Below are positions 1-12,779 of a stretch of DNA of 64,000 nucleotides, piece after piece; the stretch's first letter is position 1, and every line of letters begins with the position of its first letter. The stretch is from Azolla caroliniana. Lineage: Eukaryota; Plantae; Polypodiophyta. Location of the stretch: the NCBI GenBank assembly GCA_043228905.1, contig JBHGNT010000014.1, forward strand, positions 18,104,001-18,168,000. The letters run 5' to 3'. A model generated the notes under the pieces. It saw only the letters and a list, made by a program, of their open reading frames with translations. It ran no database searches and was not told where the DNA came from. The translations under genes were made by a program, and so were the position numbers.

Positions 1-2813
1 TGATTGACTGTTAACGAAGGTTAGTGATTCATGACAAGGGACAATTTCAACTATTATGATTGTTTTCATTTGCATACATCTAGGATCAAACAAATTTTGA
101 GTTGAACTCATACACATGCATTTCGGTGGGTATGATCTTGTTCAAATATGTTGGTAATCCATATTGATAAAATCAATGGGCAGACTCAGTATTTGCAGAG
201 ATTAATACAGAACTCCAATGACTCTATTCTAAAATCTATTGAGTTTCTCAGCTAATATCACTCTTCTTAGAAAACAAGTGTTAAGTCCATGTGTTTGCTT
301 AGTGGGTTCGTGTTGCACTATATATTTGTGTGTGCGCATGTGTGTGCACTATAAGACAAGGTTTAGTCTCGGATATGCACTTGAAGAAAGGTCTCAATTG
401 TTTGCCTTGTGGGCCTACACAAAAATGTGTATATTTGCACCCAAGAAAAGGGCTCAAATCATCAAGTACATATTGTCTTCGATTTCCACCGCAAGAAATA
501 TCATGTCTACTCTTGGATCTTTATGAGAAATATGGGTTCAAGTGGTGTCCTTGACATGATGATGTATTGATAAAGCTTGTGCATCATACCTTCCTTTGTG
601 TTGGGTGGGAGGGGTCAATGGTTTATACAATAATGTGTGTTATTATATGGTTTGTTTAATGGTCGAGAGGAAATTTCCCCAACATAGTGTTTAGATGAAT
701 CCCTAATTGGAGTGAAGGGTTAAAGTGTTTGCTAGTTCAACTTGGTTGTGGTAGGGTCAATTGTTTGGATGGCATGTCATGTCTCTTTCGAAAAGCAATC
801 ATATAAAAAACCGTAGTGGTGTATGCATACTATTGCATGTGTATTTGCATCTCAACAATTTTTACAATGCACAAACAACACGAAAAGTTAAGTGTTAAGT
901 GTCACTAGTCTTCTTATGTTGGCACCACATGCAAGTGCTCAATCTATGCTTCGATCTATGTTTGTTTGTGATAAAAGGGAAACTTAAAAGTGTTTGTCTT
1001 GTCATTATGTTTCTATGTATAGGTATGTTTTTACACCGAACTAAAACACTTGAGGGTTTGTGTGTGGATACTCTGAGTATGCGACGACACCATAGAAAAT
1101 GCTTTTAAAGTTTCCTTGTGGGTCTGCTCATGGACCTAATCCAATGATAAAAGAAGATGTTCGAGTGGTTCTGCGGATCTAAAAGAATATGTTGAAGTGT
1201 CAACGCGGATCTAATTTTCTCATCTACATCCATACCGAAAGAAAAAGTCAATCAAATGTTTTTCTCATCCAGAGGGCTATTGGGGTTTTTCCTCCGATCA
1301 ATGTCAATGGATTGGTAATGTGACGAAATGCCCAACTAAATCAAATTCATATATTGCAATATATTATATTCTCACCTTCATTGTATTATATGTGACATAA
1401 AAAAAGATTCTAAACCAATATCACTAATGACAGGATATCTTCTTTAAAAAAAAGAAAAACTTATTTTCAGTAACGGCGAAACATTTAATATAGCTCATGG
1501 GCAATTGAAAGGTAATGTACATTTCAAACCTAATATGCACCACACACATGTTAAGTTTTGCTAGTCAAGAAAGGGGGGTGCGAGGTTGTGGAACATAGCC
1601 ATAATACTAAAATCCTATTAACTCATTAGAAGACATCGATCACTTGGTCATCCAAATGTTGGATAAAACAATGTATATAAGGTTAATCGTGGACAAGAGC
1701 ATTTTTATTCGCACACTCATCCTATCACGTAATCAACCCAAAACAATTTTCCTTACGATCCAATCCTGCACAGGAAAGACACACATCATTGACGTTTTGG
1801 GTTGGGATGATAAAAAACATACGTAGGGAAGGGGGTTAATGAGTTGACAAAAACATGTGCACAAAAAAGAAAAGAATTAGTGGCAATGCGAATCAATGCA
1901 AGTAAGCTTGAACATTACACACAATAAGCATGGAATTTGAAGGGAGGAGGGAGGCCCACAAGGTGCGGACGGACAATCTAGACTTTATTACTATTAGTAT
2001 TATTAGCATTACTTTTATAGCACATTGCTAGTAGTGCACTCGAAGGAAAGTTTTCTCGATTTCGTATAGGCATCGGTATCGATGGAAAGGTCAAATGCGA
2101 TACAAGCAAACGAAACAAACAAAAGTCGCGACGACCGAGAAGGGAGGCCCCCCCCCGGAGATGGACGGGAACATGTGAGAACGCTGCTTGTTGGCCCGGC
2201 TTGAAATTCACTTAACGTAACCCTTCTAGCGGAGGTCAAATTTGTCACTTTGAGATTGTTGTTGTAGCGAGGCCTTTCTTGCTCTCTGGAGCCAACATGT
2301 CAGATGAAGATGATAGGTATAGCGAATGTCAAGCATTCAGTGGAGGAAAGGTCAAGGGGGAGCGGGATGTGGCGAGGTGATTTCAGGCGATTTCTCCTCA
2401 CATTTTCATGAGCAGACGCAGGACACACGAGAGAGCAGGCAGGAGTAGCACCTGTTATTGTCACCTGATCCGATTCATGCTTGCCCCCCCCCCCCCCTAT
2501 TGACCCCCTCTCGTGTCCATCATGCTTCTGCCCGCCCGCCCGCTTGCTCGCCTGCCTCTTTGTTTCAATTACATACATATTGCTATAGCCTATTTGCTAT
2601 TATTAAGTCACTCTCTTCCTGTGTTTTTTTCATGTCTTTTTTTTATGTGAGAGACATACATATTTGAAACATATTGAGGTGTGAATGAGTCCTTATGGGC
2701 CTCAGTCAGTCAGTCAGTCAGTCAGACAGAGAGAGAGAGAAGAGAAATAGGAGGGGGTCTTTTTTGGCCTCTTCAAGACAGTTAACATATCATTTCATTT
2801 AATTCTCTCTTAA

Positions 2814-3090
2814 TAACCCTAACCCTAACCCTAATCCTAACCCTCTCTTAATTCTCTTTAGCCCAAATCCACCGTAGCCAAATCCTAACCCTAACCCTAA
2901 CCCTGGCCCTAGCCCTAGCCCTAACCCTAACCCTAACCCTAGCCCTAGCCCTAGCCCTAACCCTAACCCTAATCCTAGACCTAACCCTAATTCCGTTGCT
3001 GCCCACATCATGTCTTCTGGCGTTTCAGCATACCCTAACAAGACGACAGCTGAATCACCCGAAATAACACCCGACCCTAACCCTAATCAG
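2814..3090 (+). repeat. Interstitial telomere-like (CCCTAA)n hexamer tract with CCCTAG/TCCTAA variants, upstream of the sulfotransferase CDS
   Basis: Runs of TAACCC at ~2814-2845, ~2881-2990 and ~3075-3087. The opposite strand gives the (GL)n ORF 2799..3041. AAACCCTA telo-box copies occur at ~3185, ~3321, ~3378 and ~3428. Confidence 0.9.
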
Positions 3091-3757
3091 GAATTCCTTT
3101 GGTCCTCGCCCAATCGTGTTTTCTTGAGTTCTGCGTGCTTTAGAAGAATAAGAGCTGAAATACTGATATTCATTTGCTAACCTTAAACCCTAACCCTGAT
3201 CCTTACCCGAACTATAAGCTTAGATCCCTGTCGTTGCCCACATTGTATTTTTCATTCGTTTTAGCAAATCCTAAAAAGCGTTGAGGCGATCAAAGCATCG
3301 GAAAGCCCAATCCTTATTCTAAACCCTAATCTTGGATTCCTTTCGTGCCCACATCATAATTTATTAGGTTTTTAGCAAACCCTAAACATTGCAGAGCTGG
3401 AACATAGGTAATCTTGGAGCACCTGTCTAAACCCTAACCCTCATTCCCGAAAGACACCCTGAATCTTGGAAACAGCCCTGTCTCCTGCAAGAAACCATAA
3501 TCCAGAATAATTCGCCGCAAAAACCTAATTCCTGAAAGAAACCCTGTTTCCACTACCTTCCTGAAAAATTATCCCCAGTGCTAAAATCGTTGGCAAGGCA
3601 CGATAGTTCCTGAAACAGCCTTGATTCCTGAAAACAAAATCCTGCCCCTAATTGATGAAGGAAGTCCTAATTCCTGAGGGTAGCTCTATCTATTGCACGA
3701 AAGCTCTATATCCTGAAAGTAAAACTTTATTTGTGTTGAAGCATTCTCTCGGGTTAT

Positions 3758-6700
3758 ATGGATGACTTGCTACCAGATTTGAACCTAAAACATTCATTGC
3801 TCAAAACAAAGGCAATGCACCGTGCAGAGGGTGATTCGATCAAACATAATTTTATGAATGGACGGAACTTCTGTAAGGTCAGATCCTGTATATATATTGA
3901 TTGATTTCATGCATTATTGTACTGACTGAAATGTCTTAAGGTTTCATTTGTATAAATGAAAATCACGAATTTAGTGTTAAGATACACACACACACACACA
4001 CACACTCTCTCTCTCTCTCTCTCTCTTAAAGCTGAGGAAATAACTTGCATTTCTCTAGGAATTCCATTGTAATTTGTATCATTGAGACGCTTGACTTCAG
4101 ACTAAGAGATATGCTGATTTCATGCTTATTAGATTGTGCAGAGCTAAGTAAACATCCAGAGTAAAGTTAGCATTCCTTAATAAGTTTTGCTTTAATGATG
4201 GGAAGCTTGAATTTAGAGGAGATATATTCAGATTTCATGCTTGTTAAAACTTAAGAGTACTGAAGGCTATGGAAAATTCCAAAGCTAAGTCAACATTTCT
4301 CGGTATTCTTTGGATTATTACTTTTGAGTTGAAGTCCTTCCTAGAGAAACGTTGTACACTACCATATCATCCTTTATGTGAAAAATCCTCATCGGGGTGT
4401 GGACACAAAGAAGTAGAAACTTTCAAGGCTTGTAACTTGTAGTTGTAGCGGATATTTATATTATATATTTATGGTGAGAGATTTTATTTGAGTCAGCTTC
4501 TCAAATTTGTGGGTCATTATGCTTGAGGTCATTAGTTTGGTACAAGAATCTTGCAGAAGACTTGGCTTTTTGGTATGTGGTCTAGGAAGAGAATTTAGTT
4601 TGATTTTTTGCCAAGTGGCATGGTGTTTTGGCATGTGGTGTAAGAAGAGAATGTGACATGGTGTTTTGGAAGATGCTTCAAAAAGAGAATGTGGCTTACT
4701 AAGAGAACGGAGTATGGTGTTTCTTGTGTCATGTAAGGAGAGAATGTGCCATGGTGTTTTGGCATGTGATGTAATTAGAGGATGTGGTATGGTGTTTTAT
4801 CACCTGGTTTGAGAAGACTATATGAAGCATAGAACAGAATATGGTATGATGTTTTAGCATATGGTTCAACAAGTCTATGGCAACTTAATAGAGGAGAATG
4901 TGCTATGTGAGCTATATCATTTAACTTTTCTTTCAACAAAATGCAGGAGCTCAATCAGAAATTCACATACAAGAAGACAAACTGGATAGGAAAGCTGGTT
5001 TTTCTGGTAATCCTTGGCCTCAGTGGGATGTACATATGCATATCAGGAGTTGATAGAGGAGTGATGTACCATAAACATTCAACAGAGCTGGCTATTACTC
5101 GGAAATCAAGAACAAAAGAAGCTTGCATGAAAAGTGAAACTGTCCCCTTGAATAACATTTTAGTACATTATCCACAACCTACAACATATGATAGGTATAC
5201 ATTAAATGTTTCATCAGACCGTTCTTGTTGGCTTAATTTTTTAATTTACTGAGAGAAAAATCATGGTCGTTTGGTTTTTTCTTCTCAGGAAAGAATGTAG
5301 TTGTACACCTGTTCATTATTTTGTCCTCTTTTCAATGCAAAGATCAGGGAGTGGTTGGTTTGAGACCTTATTAAATAGTCATCCGAATGTAAGCTCTCAT
5401 GGAGAGATTTTTTCGGTTGACAAAAGGAGAGAGAGTGTATTCCTGGTAAAGAAGGCACTAGATACATTGTATAATCTTGATTGGGTCAGCAGCGCATCGA
5501 AGAATGAATGCACAACTGCAGTGGGGCTGAAATGGATGCTCAATCAGGTTTTTTCACTTACTGGTTGTACATCAAATATTTGACACTTTTTTTAGCATGG
5601 TTATTGGAAAGTACTTATTTTATGTAAATTGTGTTGTGAATTTGATCAAATCCTCTAATTAATCCATTGAATGCCCTTGCCAATCCAATAGATCCCCTTT
5701 ATAAGTGAAAGAAATATTGCCTATGGCATGCATGCAAACAATTCTTTGGCAACAAGACATCATTGAAATTGTCCATTACTTTCCCTGGTTGTAAATTATG
5801 CTTGCTTACTGGTATTGCTATGAATACTGCCAATTGAACTAAATAAATAGTCTGCTCATTCAAGCTTGAAATGAACCCGATATGGTAATTCTATGTGCCA
5901 TCATTTGCTTGTATGAAGTATGTATGTGAACATACTTATTTCAGTTTAGTAAAACCTATATAATGGATGCAATCAATCCTATCCTCTTATTAAGGGCAAG
6001 AAAGCTTTGGACTTCAGGTTGCTCTCGTGGAAAGATTATAACTCTCAAAATGAACCTTTGGATATCTGAAGCTGCCTGGTTATGTGTGATTCTTTGACAA
6101 CAAAACATTCCTCAAAATAATGGCTGATTATTATCCAGGGTGTGATGGAGTTCAAACGAGAAATAGCAGATTATCTTAAAGAGCGATCAGTTTCAGCCAT
6201 CTTCTTGTTTCGTCGCAACATCTTGAAGCGTTATGTTTCCATTCTTGCGAATTCATTTGATCGCTCAGCAAAGCAATTGAATGGGACACATCGAGCTCAT
6301 GTGCACTCTGAAGAAGAGGTAAAAACACTTTTAGCTTGGGAGAAATGCCAATATAGCATTGCTATTTGAGGAAAATCCACTCAAACTTTGAAAATTATGA
6401 AAGTGCCATGGTTAAACTAAAGATATGGTCACTGCCTGAATGGGTTTGATTTGCACTTGAGTGGGGTTGATTAATGCTAAATCAAAGGTTATTAACGAGT
6501 AGCTGGAACTGATTTGGGTGTAAGTAGTGTTTATGAGTGCATGATTGGAGCTGATTGTTGTTTGATTGGGGGTGATTATCACTTGATTGAGTTGATTAGA
6601 ATTCGGCATTTGCACAGGAGAATGATTAGTGTTTGGAGCTGAATAGGACTTGATGGGAGGTGATTATCTGTGTTCCTTTTGGCTCCATAATTGTTGCATG

Positions 6701-7920
6701 CATCTTTGGTTAATTTTCAGAAACTGGATGACTTTTCAATATTCTCCTAGAAATAGTAATGGTATATTAATAATCTTTCTTCTAATCTTTGGAAAACGTT
6801 CTCTAATATGAATCAACATTCCCTTGGAATTCAAGGATTTAATCAGGAAAATTTGTATTCCACGATGCAGGCAAACATTCTTGCCACCTACAAACCAACA
6901 GTTAATTTGACATCGTTAGTTCCATACTTGCAACGAGTTGAGAAGATTATGAGTGATGCAGAAAGCACTTTTAATGATACCCGTCATCTCATAATATATT
7001 ATGAAGACCTTATATCAAACCCTTCTCAGGTGAGAGCATGAAGCTTCTTCTCTTTCTGAACAATGCATCCCATTTTCTAGAAGAAATCAAGAACATGAGG
7101 ACAGTCTTGTGGCTTTTCACACTCATATTGATGGTTTGCTACTATATATGATAATAATAATGAAGAAAACTGGATACCTTTCCATTTAAAAACAAATAAG
7201 GTTAAATGCATACCTATTTATTAAAAGAAGAAGAAAATGTCAAACACATGCTTGTTCATTTTAAAGAAAAGGATATTGAACCAATCTCATGAGAGACTTG
7301 AGAGCATGGAGTTTTTTTTAGTTTTTCAACGTGATACATTTAATTTTCCTAGGAGCAATGCTTTTTTTTCACATCAGACACAATTCAAATGCAGTATTGA
7401 TGTGGTGAAACCATGGAGTGTTTGCTGTTTTTGTCTATTGCATATCATGTTTCCTAAGAACACCCATGCATGTATTTATTCAACTAGTAGTTCAGTAATA
7501 AAAATAAATCGAATAGATACCTATTCCTTCAAAATAAAACAAATCGTATTGAACACATACCTATTAATTTCCATAAATAATATCTATTCAATATGGCAGA
7601 AATTTGAAATCACATTGAACCAATTGCTGATGGAAACATGAAGCTTCTCTTTTTCTTTTCCCAATTAATAATTCCATTTCCCTAAGATCACATAGATATG
7701 CATATATTCCGTTAGGAGCTTAATTTACTTCATCTTTTTGTTTCAGGAGCTGAGAAAGGCCCAAGAGTTTCTCGGTGTAGAGCCAACAAAGCTCGAGAGC
7801 AAGCATGTTAAGATTCACACTAGGCCTCTATCTGACCATGTTTACAATTGGTCCGATTTGTCCGCATTTCTTAAAGGCACAAGGTATGAGTCGCTCTTGA
7901 ATGAAAGCGATTATGGATGA
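3758..7920 (+). CDS. NodH/Stf0-like sulfotransferase family protein, predicted type II membrane protein, 6 exons, 379 aa
   Basis: Exons 3758-3877, 4947-5194, 5289-5547, 6139-6318, 6871-7029 and 7747-7920; all introns GT-AG; total 1140 nt in frame. Has an N-terminal TM segment (LVFLVILGLSGMYICI), a PAPS-binding-like SMQRSGSGWFETLLNSHPN, plus AVGLKWMLNQG, IFLFRRNILKRYVS, YYEDL and KHVKIHTRPLSDHV. Exon 1 is the least certain. Confidence 0.9.
4560..4910 (+). repeat. Degenerate minisatellite in intron 1 (TGGCATGTGG..AGAGAATGTG..ATGGTGTTTT motif)
   Basis: GAGAATGTG and ATGGTGTTTT recur several times between 4560 and 4910. Confidence 0.6.
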
Positions 7921-10150
7921 GAAAAAAAAAAGCTTTGAAAACACATTGTACGTATGTGATTACTCTTCTTGAACTATATGTCCATTTGTGGGTGGGTTCC
8001 ATGGTAAGTATACATACCCTTTTGGGTCAAGATGCTTTGATCCTTACATACGGGGATAAATGAGGTGGGTTTTTGTGCTGCCTCTTATATGTGATCAAAT
8101 GTGAAATAAAGAGGACTATCGTCCTCGGAATGCTCATTTGTCTTTACTCACAACATGTATGCGGTTATGGACGATGCAATGTCTCTCCTGCCAAAGAAAA
8201 CACACATTTATACAAGATATGTTCTACTCTCTCCTTAACTTGAGGCTCAGATGTAATTAATTCATTTTGCACCAATATCTCAGTGATTCATTTGAAACTG
8301 ATGTATCTTTTCATTATCTTAAGAGTATTGATTCGAGCACTAGCTTCCCTCTGCTTAATGATAACCTTTTTTATTTGAATTCAGCCATGACCTTCTCTAT
8401 GTCTCCATGATGCTGCATTTACTTGGCTTAGAAGAGAGCCATTAATCTTGATGATATGCTCAGAATATATTTCATGTAATATAATTCTGTGGCTCCACTG
8501 TTCATTTTAAATGTAAGGTGCATTTACCTGAATCGGAACACACTTTGAAGTTCTCTTTCCATTGAGGTTGAAAACTGGAAGGATGATACAAATTGACATA
8601 TATTAGTACTGGGCTGAGGTTTTGGGTCAAGTGTCTTTGTATGACCAATGTATGATCATCTTTTACATTGATGCATCGGTGCTTCTCTTCTGAAAGGAAA
8701 GAGAGGCATTAATAACTCTAATGTACTTATCAATGGATTTATTTTATTGTATGTGAGATATTGTGATGCCCATGGGCATTGGGCGAGACTGAATGAAACA
8801 GGGGTGGTCTATGAGTTGTAACTAAACAGCAATACATAATCTGAATAGTTTGAAATTCTGTGGACGAGTCTAATTGGTCACACATTATACACATTAATAG
8901 AACTCAGAATATGTTGACATGGCGTCTTTGGTGAAGTGATAGGTTTAAAATCCTAAAATAAATATCGAGTACCCAATCTTTATGGTGTGAGTTTCCATGC
9001 CATGTTCTTTACTGAAGACATGTAAATGTCTAGCAAAATATATGAAGTAAACTCAACGGCAATGCATCCTAATAATATAAGCTCATGCTTTTAGACTAAA
9101 AAAGTGAAGGCAAAAACGTTTTTTTAAGTTTCTTGAATCACCTTTTAAGATGTTTTGTGGTATCCACTTTAAGACCAATGCATGAGCCCTTTTTTTCTTT
9201 TTATTAAAGAAAATGTACTAGTAATCTTTCGGACCTACATGGATTGTGGCTGGTCTAATGCTTGCCCATGATTACATAGGAGATGGTGTTGCTTTAAGTT
9301 TCCGACACCTTTTGGTTGACCACTAACAATAACAATAATGTTATGAAGGCGAGAAAATGCTATGTCCAAGGAAGCCTGAAAGCATATGGACAATGCGCTC
9401 ACAAGTTGCTTATGACATGTTTATTAAGACCACCACAGATAAGGAGCGATACATTATACATAGTAGCATCTCCTTTGGGGTGAAGGTTTCATGTTTGGTA
9501 AGGTGAGAAACACATGATATGAACCACATCTAATACATAATACATAGGTTGTTGAAACTTGATATTGTATCTCCTCATGTGTCTCCCCCCCCCTTCATAT
9601 GGGTTGGTTTTTGTTAATTCTACACCTCTCCCAACTCATGATAATCTGCCATCATCTTCGGATTTCGGCTTCACTTATACTTGCATCGATCCGGTGGCGA
9701 AGATGAAATTTGTCTCCATTTTACATGTATGATGTAGTAGCAACATAGACTCATTTCTATAGTATAATTTGTCACATGCATCTCATGGAGCAGAGAGTGT
9801 GTGAAGTGTGGCTGGGGGGGGGGTCTTGGATTGAGATGATCCGGAATTCTGGTGAAGAGGGTACATGTTAAGAGCAGGCACATGTGTTAGGTCCATCACG
9901 CCTACATCTATCGATGATAGCGGTTACATTGCTGTGCTTTTACTGATGATGATAAGTAGTTTGGAAGGGTATATACAGAGAGAGATCAAAGATGGAATGT
10001 TGATGGCCTCAACATTTTAATTTTACCTGTTTCCAAGACATCATTATGTGTGTTGTTATGATTATCTCACATGATGGTATGTATATATGGGGTCATTATG
10101 AAGTATCCAAAGACAATGGATGCAATGGTACCCTGATTGATTGTACACAT

Positions 10151-10153
<3 letters not shown>

Positions 10154-10196
<43 letters not shown>

Positions 10197-10524
10197 TAGG
10201 GTTTGTTATCGTGCTTTAGGGTTTTTTTGGGTTGCATTTTAGCGTTTTCTTATAGCATTTTAGGGCTTCTTACTACTTTTTAGGGCTTTCACTCTTTCTA
10301 CGTTTTTCAGGGCTTTTGTGATCTAATGCATTGTGTGAGTTTTTAGGGTGTCTTGCTACACTTTTAGGGCTGTTGTTTTTTAGGGTTTCTTGTAGATGTC
10401 TTTCTTTTTGTGTGTGAAATGTTTCATGGTGCTGGATTTTAGAGTTCTTTTTGTTAGGGTTTGGTGCAACTGTTTAGGGGTCTAATGCACGTGTAAAATC
10501 TCTCTCTCTCTCTCTCTCTCTCTC
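10154..10524 (+). repeat. T-rich block with dispersed TTAGGG motifs, bracketed by two (CT)n microsatellites
   Basis: (CT)n at ~10154-10192 and ~10500-10524, with about 9 (T)TTAGGG motifs between them. Confidence 0.6.
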
Positions 10525-10569
10525 CCACAATGGCCACCCATTCGGAGCATTGACAATCGCCTTCCGAGA

Positions 10570-11900
10570 AAAACGACATATAGAATGCGAGTCGGACGAT
10601 TGTCTTCCGAGAAAAGCGACTTATAGAATGTGAGTTGGACGATGCCCTTTTCCTACTTGATGAAGACCCAACAAAGATACAAATCAACAAATAGAAAACA
10701 ATATATGCCACGGATCCCGCAAGCACACAAGGCAAGAAGAATGTTTAGCATGATGGTTGTGTCATTATAAGCTACAAGGCTATTGACAACGGATTTGCAC
10801 CCTATGAGAGACATCAAAATCTTAGGTGCACATGAAGCTTTGGAACTACAATGAAGCACTTTGTACACTTGAGAAGAATAGAAGAGGTCATGGATGAATG
10901 ATACATGATTCTCATTACAAAGATGCACCAAGGTAAAGATTTGCCTCACAATAGACGACTTTCAATGGGAGTTTGCATACATGGAAACCACTAGGCCAAC
11001 TATATCACAGTGCTAGCTGGAGCACAACATCCGATGCTATCCTCAATACACCAAGGGAGCGATGCCAAACCATCAAAACCTTCACCATTGCATATGTGAC
11101 AAAGCACTTATCCACATGAAATCATATGCCCTAAATTGGCAACAACCCCTATGATGGTAGAAAGTTACACCAAATAGTGGACATCATCAATGGGACTCAA
11201 AACCACAGCACCTCAAAGAATTATATGTAAGGTGTTTGATGTATTGAATTATGAAAGCAGACATATCAAGTTATTCATAGGTTATGAAATGGTTCAATAA
11301 CAATGGCCTCATCAAGAACATGCCACCCTTTCAATATGTACGACTCCAAAATGATGAAACAAACAAGGTATTGGCAGCTCAATACCCAAAAGACACATAT
11401 CACACCAAGGGAGCATCTCCCCAAATATGGCCTAGTACAAAGATCATTTTCTGAACTTAGTGGATTGATTCTACGACAGAGACCAGAGCACATGGAAATC
11501 TACATGTTTCATAGTGGTCCCGAAGTAACAGAGCAAATTAAACTTTCCTCCTAGAAACTAGCAATTGAGATAGGATGGGCCATTTGCATGCCTAGAGCCG
11601 AGGACATTTCCAAGTTATGTAAAGGAGATTGAAAGCAAAAAACGTTGTATTAGTGCTCAAATGACAAGCACATAAAAAAGATGCACACTACCATTCAACA
11701 AACAGGGTAGAACCACAATGCTAGCCAAATCTTATTCAATTTTCAAAAGCATAGGGAATGAATAAACCCTTTTATTAGCATGAGGAATGCAACAGCAATC
11801 TCACACTGTTGATTTCCACATGTACATGGACGATCCCATCATGAGATCATGGAGATCATTACTTGCTATGTCGTAATTGCAACAGGACACAAATATGTAC
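10570..11900 (+). mobile_element. Highly degenerate LINE remnant (RTEX-like clade, ORF2 3' part)
   Basis: Fragments such as HEIICPKLATTPMMVE (~11115) and KLAIEIG...PRAED (~11555) match the better-preserved LINE copies at 19854-21290 and 34130-36032. Boundaries are approximate. Confidence 0.5.
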
Positions 11901-12779
11901 TGGTTGAATTTCATCAGTCTCATTCCTCTGCATCAACCTGTTCCAGCTACAATGTCCAATCACTTCCACTCAACCCATTTTAGTTAATGCACTTCACGCT
12001 CACAAACCATCTCCAAGAACATGATTGCTTCCGGAAACCTCAAGGTCTTCTAGTACACAAGTAAATGCCAATGTCCATATTGGTGAAGCATACAAGTCAT
12101 TGATAGCTGCTAATATGATGTTGGTCACCCACAAATATCGACCATGGTTAAAAACAAAATGGCCAACATACACAATGCGAAACAGTCAAGAGCTGGCAAT
12201 ATTATGAAGCATGCTGTTGAGTTAGGTAATTCTGCAAATAAACGCAAAGGAAGACAAAATGGATGGTTCATCCCATTGATTGACATGAAAAAATGTTAAA
12301 TGTACATCCCCTCCACACAATTCTCGTTAGGAATACCTAAAGAAATATGCCCAATCAAATTTTCTCCCAATTATCTTGGCCTATTAATTGCAACACCACC
12401 ACTGGGAGGTGAAAATAACAAAGGCAATGAGATTCCTATTCTGTTGATCATGGCAATTTTGAGGCAAGAAAGCATCTTAACCATATTATGGTTGTATGTA
12501 GTTTAAGGGTAGGGAGAGGGCAGATGGGAATTTATGCACATAACAAGATGAATAAACTTGATAGCATGATTTCGATAATGGTGAGAGAACATATACAAAT
12601 ATAATTCTGGATATAAACATTTGTACATGAAACAAACAAAAAGCTTGCTATATACAATTCCAAACCTTTTTTTTCTTGTATTTCCTCCTAGATGTTCAAC
12701 AACCCAAACCATGGGAGTTACATAAGAATTTCTTTCACATATCTATATAAATATATGGTGTTACAAAACAGATCATATA

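Noticed and set aside
1-2600. Short ORFs, a possible decayed element or an ncRNA upstream of the sulfotransferase gene
   Set aside because: I could not support any recognisable motifs, termini, splice structure or RNA fold.
2799-3041. (GL)n ORF on the minus strand
   Set aside because: It is the translation of (TTAGGG)n; there is no other coding evidence.
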